Of a stretch of 64,000 nt of DNA, positions 59,001 through 64,000 are shown piece after piece (the stretch's first letter is position 1; each line of letters opens with the position of its first letter). Origin of the DNA: Nitrosopumilus sp. (lineage in GTDB: Archaea; Thermoproteota; Nitrososphaeria; Nitrososphaerales; Nitrosopumilaceae). A model generated the notes under the pieces. It saw nothing but the letters and a program-made list of their open reading frames with translations. It did no database searches and was not told the DNA's origin. The DNA lies in NCBI GenBank assembly GCA_963667665.2, contig OY763927.2:160001-224000 (forward strand), written 5' to 3'. The translations under genes were made by a program, and so were the position numbers.

Positions 59001-60065
59001 TGTATATCTAATGTGCAAAGATCCCTTTTACTCTTCCAAAACAGTATTCATAGCAAGGAAACTTTACGAGTTTATCAATACTCCTTGGATAAATTTCTGC
59101 AGTACTTCAAACTTCGTGACTATGACAGTTTGGCAACTATGAACTCAAAGATGCTTCAAGAAATGGTTGAAGATTATGTGATGGAGAAAAAGAGTCAGGG
59201 TAAGGCACGGAGTACGATCAAAACTCCTATTTCTGCACTGGAATTATTCTGTGATGCTAATGATCTTGCAATTAACTGGAAGAAAATACACCGATTACTT
59301 CCTGCACAAAAGAAAAAGTCTGGTTCTAGATCATACTCTACTGAACAAGTACAAAAAATGCTTCAAGCTACAACTAATCTTAGAAACAAAGCGATCATAC
59401 ATTTTCTAGCTTCATCAGGTGTACGTATTGGTGCACTTCCCGAACTAAAGATAAAACATATCAGAAATATGCCACAAGGATGTAAAGTTGTGACTGTTTA
59501 TCCTGATGATGTTGAAGAATACTTTACATTTCTAACTTCTGAAGCTTCACAGGCAATTGATGATTATCTTGATAAAAGAATACATGATGGTGAGCATCTA
59601 GACCCTGAACACCCTCTGTTTAGAGAACACTATGCAATTGGAATTGCAAAACCAAAACATTTGGTTAAAGTTAGTATTCAAGCTATAATTGACAGAATTC
59701 TAAGGCGAGCTGGAATTAGATTTGGTAGAGATGGTTCTAGACGTGATGTACAGCTTGATCATGGATTTAGAAAACGTTGGAATACAATTGTCAAAACTAC
59801 TGATGGTGTTAAGATAATTCTAGCTGAAAAGATGTTTGGACATTCTACCCCTACCATTCCATTGGATGAAACATATGTTGATGCATCAATTGAAAAACTC
59901 TTTGAGGAATTCAAAAAAGTAATTCCTGAATTAACCATTGATGATTCTGAACGTCTCAAATTCAAAAATGAAAAATTGGAAAAAGAAAACACAGAGATTG
60001 AAATAAGGTCTGCAAGAATTGATGCTCTTGAAAGACGAATGAGAATTATGGAAAAATCGAAATAA
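58986..60065 (+). CDS. Tyrosine recombinase/integrase (likely true start GTG 59013)
   Basis: SSGVRIG, HGFRK, MFGH, C-terminal Tyr (DETY). Confidence 0.9.
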   Translation: MRNSSCISNVQRSLLLFQNSIHSKETLRVYQYSLDKFLQYFKLRDYDSLATMNSKMLQEMVEDYVMEKKSQGKARSTIKTPISALELFCDANDLAINWKKIHRLLPAQKKKSGSRSYSTEQVQKMLQATTNLRNKAIIHFLASSGVRIGALPELKIKHIRNMPQGCKVVTVYPDDVEEYFTFLTSEASQAIDDYLDKRIHDGEHLDPEHPLFREHYAIGIAKPKHLVKVSIQAIIDRILRRAGIRFGRDGSRRDVQLDHGFRKRWNTIVKTTDGVKIILAEKMFGHSTPTIPLDETYVDASIEKLFEEFKKVIPELTIDDSERLKFKNEKLEKENTEIEIRSARIDALERRMRIMEKSK

Positions 60066-60083
60066 ATGAAGTATAATATCTTG

Positions 60084-60713
60084 TCAAAAACTTAATTGTT
60101 TTAATTTATCCAAATACCTTTGATTCATATAATCTTCTAATTCTTTTATTTTTTTAATTTCCACATCTGTTAATTTTATCTCTTTAAATTCCTTAAACAT
60201 TTTACCCATATCTGTTGTAGATAATATGTTATCTATATTCATTGGAACTTTATTTTTCATTATTTTCATAATTATTGTATATGTAATTGAATTTACAAAT
60301 TCTTCAACACTAAAAACATTGAGCCAATTTTCACCTTTATTCAAGCCAATGAATATGATTTTAAAAAGTAGAGCTGACATTGTCTTTTCCACTTCTTCAA
60401 ACATCCTATCATTCATTTTAATGAATTCAGGATCTAACATTTTCATACTAAAATTAGTTTGATATTGTGTTTTAATACTCATTTTTTTAAATCTAATGTC
60501 ATTTAATTTATCCTCTGATATTTTGTATAATTTATTTTTCCCTAATCGTCTAGATGTTATTATTCCATCCTCTGCTAATTGTTTTAGATATCTACTCAAT
60601 ACATTATCTGATAGTTCAATTTTATCTTTGATGGTTGTATATTGTACTTCATCATTATCTGACAATATGGATATTATGTCATCAAATCGTGCTTGTTTAT
60701 CTCTAGGTCTCAT
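60084..60713 (-). CDS. Winged-HTH transcriptional regulator
   Basis: LSDNVLSRYLKQLAEDGIITSRRLGKNKLYKI. Confidence 0.8.
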   Translation of the reverse strand: MRPRDKQARFDDIISILSDNDEVQYTTIKDKIELSDNVLSRYLKQLAEDGIITSRRLGKNKLYKISEDKLNDIRFKKMSIKTQYQTNFSMKMLDPEFIKMNDRMFEEVEKTMSALLFKIIFIGLNKGENWLNVFSVEEFVNSITYTIIMKIMKNKVPMNIDNILSTTDMGKMFKEFKEIKLTDVEIKKIKELEDYMNQRYLDKLKQLSF

Positions 60714-60810
60714 AATTCTCTTTTTTACTTTTTATATAATATCAAACATGTTAACTTTCCTTAACTAAGGTGATTCATAATGTGACTAACAAATGTTATA
60801 AATTGTTATA

Positions 60811-60831
60811 CCTTACCTTACCTTAGGTAAG
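60811..60831. promoter_or_regulatory. Candidate operator between divergent regulators
   Basis: CCTTA x3 merging into the palindrome CTTACCT-T-AGGTAAG; related CCTTA-AC-TAAGG near 60760. Confidence 0.5.
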
Positions 60832-60847
60832 ATGATTGAAAGTTCAG

Positions 60848-61015
60848 ATGAATATAAAAATTGAGAAGCGAGATTTAGATCTAATTCAAAAGGCTTCTGG
60901 TATAATTGGACAGGATAAGTCTGATTTTGTACGATTATCTGTTAAAAAAGAGCTTGCACGATTAGGTTTTCTCACAAAACAAGAATCCAAAGCTTTAGGA
61001 GTTGAAATCTCATGA
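60848..61015 (+). CDS. Ribbon-helix-helix (CopG-like) protein
   Basis: Manual translation MNIKIEKRDLDLIQKASGIIGQDKSDFVRLSVKKELARLGFLTKQESKALGVEIS. Confidence 0.65.
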   Translation: MNIKIEKRDLDLIQKASGIIGQDKSDFVRLSVKKELARLGFLTKQESKALGVEIS

Positions 61016-61170
61016 ATCCCAGAATCTGTGCTGATGATAATCCTAAGATTGTTTTACGACGATATAATTGGGACGGCGAAATTGTAGAATTTTCCTTATG
61101 TAAAGAACATTGTCAAGATTCTGACTTCTCAAATTTCATTTCTGAAACTCCAATTATGGAGACAAACTAA
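61012..61170 (+). CDS. Small hypothetical protein coupled to the RHH gene
   Basis: ATGA overlap; MNPRICADDNPK...LCKEHCQD... Confidence 0.5.
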   Translation: MNPRICADDNPKIVLRRYNWDGEIVEFSLCKEHCQDSDFSNFISETPIMETN

Positions 61171-61775
61171 TTGTCTCAACTACAAATATTTCCAATATTA
61201 CAAAATTACAGTAAACGTACGTTTACCTCTGCAAGGTACCATGTAGAGAAAATATTCGCCAGACGAGGAATCGTATATTTGAATGAAGGTGTGTTGCAAT
61301 TATTTATTGTAATACACCTTCATTTTTTCATAATTCTTTTTTTGACTAGTTGGATTTTAATTGATAGTTTTAAAAAAATAAGATCTAAAGTTGCAAGTTT
61401 GGACACTGAGACTTTAGATTTAACACATAACCGAGGTGTTTACTTTATCATCTAAGATCTTACCAATAAATAATTCCAAAAAATCATATCTTCTTTGTAA
61501 ATACTGTTTGAAAACAAAGAATCGTTCCAGAAAATTTCATTCATTACATGCTCTGAAATGGCATCTTACACATGAGCATGGAGATTATTAGATTTAAATT
61601 AAAAATTAAAACAAAACCTGCTTGGTATCCTGTAATCAAACGAGAATTCCCTGAAGATGAAAAAGATTTTGGAGAGTGGTATTATGATGACTGAATGGTA
61701 TGATGACATATGTTTAGGGAACTTAGGGAAGATATCTTCTATTGACTGTAATATAATCAGATTTATTTTTAGAGA

Positions 61776-63164
61776 ATGGTATTGTATCTTCCCTATCTTC
61801 CCTGTTTGGAGATTTTTCTAATGGGCATCACCAGATTTCAAAGACAACTATCTGATAATGATATTATTGATGGTGATATTGGAGGTCCAGCACAGAAAAT
61901 AGGTCATGAATTAGTAGATCAAACCTACTTTATCACAATCGCTGATCAAGACCATGAAATGTTCTATTATAACAAAAAAGCAAGGATTTGGCGTGAAAAT
62001 GGTGTTGATTTCATTTGGAAATTCATTGCTACTAAATATCCTGCACTATCCAAAGCAATGCTCAATGAGGTAATTCACTATATTCAAGGTCAAACTCTTC
62101 TACCTAGATGGAAGTTCCAGCCTCCAGATGGATGGATTGCATTTGAGAATCAATGTATAGATACCATTCATAATTATGCAGATGAATTTGATACCCCTGA
62201 TTTGTACATCCGAAACAAGTTCCCAGTTAGAGTGGATAAAAGAGCAACATGTCCAAAATTTAGCAGATTCTTGAATCAGATATTGCCTGATTATGAGGAT
62301 CGTTGTACTCTATTGGAAATAATGAGTACGGTGTTAATACCTCATATCAATTTTGAAAAGGCTGGGATGTTTATTGGTACATCATCTACAAATGGTAAAT
62401 CTACAATTCTTAAATTAATGCGTAAATTATTTGGAGAGAGAAATATTGTTTCAATTCCATTACAGAGTTTAATTGAAAATAGATTCATGGGTCAAAAGTT
62501 AGATGGAAAATTACTAAACATCTATGCTGATATTAATGATAAGAAAATTACTGATTTGGATAAATTCAAGTTGTTTGTGTCTGGTGATTCTATTACTGTC
62601 GAAAGAAAAAATGGACATCCCTATGAAATCATTCCAAAGACAAAACATTTTTTCAGTACAAACACATTACCTGAAATTCAAGAGGACAATAATGCAGTTT
62701 ATAGAAGATTCATCATAATTGAGTTTCCAATTTCTTTTGAGGGAAAAGAAGACTTTGATTTATTTGGCAAATTAACTACAAAAGAAGAATTAGAAGGTAT
62801 CATGTGGTTGTTACTTAGAACTGCAAAACGTTTGGCAAGAAATAGACAATTCACTTTCAAACAAACACCTAATGAAATTCGTATGAGGTGGAAACGACAA
62901 AGCAATGCCGTATTTGATATGATTGAAAAGTCAAGAGATTTCATTATTAAGAAAAGTGATGGAAGGATGTCTCGTGCAGAATTTTATACAAAGTATGTTA
63001 AATTTTGTAAATCAAAAAATTATACCATACAAACACCTGGTACAGTAACAAGGCAAGTAGAAAAACTAGGTTATGAATCTCAAAAAAGTAATGGTACTTG
63101 GTATTGGTTAGGACTTGCAATGCATAATGAATTTACTGAAAATGAACAAGAAATACTGTCTTGA
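61776..63164 (+). CDS. D5/P4-like SF3 replicative helicase (no obvious primase domain)
   Basis: CPKF..FL, Walker A GTSSTNGKST, LLNIYAD, FSTN.LP, AVYRRF..IEF, C-terminal wH; start may be ATG ~61820. Confidence 0.88.
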   Translation: MVLYLPYLPCLEIFLMGITRFQRQLSDNDIIDGDIGGPAQKIGHELVDQTYFITIADQDHEMFYYNKKARIWRENGVDFIWKFIATKYPALSKAMLNEVIHYIQGQTLLPRWKFQPPDGWIAFENQCIDTIHNYADEFDTPDLYIRNKFPVRVDKRATCPKFSRFLNQILPDYEDRCTLLEIMSTVLIPHINFEKAGMFIGTSSTNGKSTILKLMRKLFGERNIVSIPLQSLIENRFMGQKLDGKLLNIYADINDKKITDLDKFKLFVSGDSITVERKNGHPYEIIPKTKHFFSTNTLPEIQEDNNAVYRRFIIIEFPISFEGKEDFDLFGKLTTKEELEGIMWLLLRTAKRLARNRQFTFKQTPNEIRMRWKRQSNAVFDMIEKSRDFIIKKSDGRMSRAEFYTKYVKFCKSKNYTIQTPGTVTRQVEKLGYESQKSNGTWYWLGLAMHNEFTENEQEILS

Positions 63165-63236
63165 ACTACAAAATTATGCCTGAAAATGATGTGATATTGC
63201 ATAATCTAATCGTAAATTTCAAAAATGGAGTAAATT

Positions 63237-64000
63237 ATGACTAATGATGAAAAACTAGACTTGATTTTACAAGATCTAGAATTAATCAAGAATCATCTCA
63301 AGATTGTACCTGATAGAGAAATTACAATTACTGAAAGAAAATCAAGTGTTGAATTATATGAGAAGTTTGCAAAAGACGAGCTAAAATTAAATGAAAAGAC
63401 AATAACAAATCATCTATCTGTAATATCTAGATTCTTGGTTCATTCAAAGGGAACAATCAACAAAACGACTGTGAAAAAGTTTCTTGACTCTAATGACTCT
63501 AATTCTTGGAAGTCAAACCAGTTAAAGGCACTAAGAAAATACATACGTGACTTTCTCAAGCTTGGCAACTGGATTAACGAGTTTAACTTTACTAAAGCCA
63601 AAGCTAAGGTAAAAAATGAACTTCCAAATGATGAGCAGCTAGCAGAATTCTGCTCTATACTACCACATGAAATTCAAATAGCTTTTCTCATAATGTATAG
63701 TTCAGGATTACGAATAGGTGAAGTTCTATCACTGAAACTATCAAACTATGACCCAGACTCAAAAATGATTGATGCATCTGACATTCACAAAGGAAAAACA
63801 AAGGACTCTTGGATTAGCTTTGTAACTGAACAGACTGCAGAATATCTTGAAGATTATTGTAAATCATTAGATGTTGAAAATGGTGATGAATCCCTTTTTA
63901 CTGTCAGTACAAGATCTGTACAAAATGCATTTCAGTCCGTATCTACTCAATGTGAAATAACAATTAACCCACATTTGTTACGTACCATATTTGCAGAAAA
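63237..64000 (+). CDS. Second tyrosine recombinase, runs off the right edge (partial)
   Basis: Manual translation MTNDEKLD...MYSSGLRIGEVLSL...HKGKTK...NPHLLRTIFAE. Confidence 0.85.
   Translation, partial: MTNDEKLDLILQDLELIKNHLKIVPDREITITERKSSVELYEKFAKDELKLNEKTITNHLSVISRFLVHSKGTINKTTVKKFLDSNDSNSWKSNQLKALRKYIRDFLKLGNWINEFNFTKAKAKVKNELPNDEQLAEFCSILPHEIQIAFLIMYSSGLRIGEVLSLKLSNYDPDSKMIDASDIHKGKTKDSWISFVTEQTAEYLEDYCKSLDVENGDESLFTVSTRSVQNAFQSVSTQCEITINPHLLRTIFAE

Larger units (their letters stand above)
59004..64000. mobile_element. Integrated plasmid/virus-like element (right end outside the window)
   Basis: Integrase, wHTH, RHH, SF3 helicase and a second recombinase, adjacent to purN. Confidence 0.75.

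Noticed and set aside
61171-61455. 94-aa ORF in the integrated element
   Set aside because: No recognisable motif and atypical composition; not enough support to call

Overview
Chromosomal window from an ammonia-oxidising archaeon (Nitrososphaerota/Thaumarchaeota, Nitrosopumilus-like). This is inferred from the AT-rich core genes (DEAD helicase, pyruvoyl Arg decarboxylase, pepF, ppa, rpl40e, sucCD, DPS-like, ileS, purD/folD/purN) and the archaeal tRNAs, one of which has a BHB intron. Two accessory regions interrupt the core. (1) A ~32 kb island (~6.7-39.1 kb) holds a 5781-aa repeat-built surface protein, many decayed IS and restriction-modification genes, and tRNA-Gln. It also holds an intact, translationally coupled ubiquitin-like conjugation operon, Ubl - E2 - JAB protease - E1 (33486-36176), in the gene order of bacterial Bil (ISG15-like) antiphage systems. 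That operon is divergent from a CARF-like/HTH regulator carrying a nonsense codon, and is the most interesting item here. (2) An integrated plasmid/virus-like element starts at ~59 kb and runs off the window end, with two tyrosine recombinases, wHTH and RHH regulators, an SF3/D5-like helicase and a candidate origin. An IS5-like element sits just upstream of its integrase. Frequent pseudogenes and the giant adhesin suggest a host-associated lineage (inference). All family calls come from motif recognition by eye; no database searches were run.
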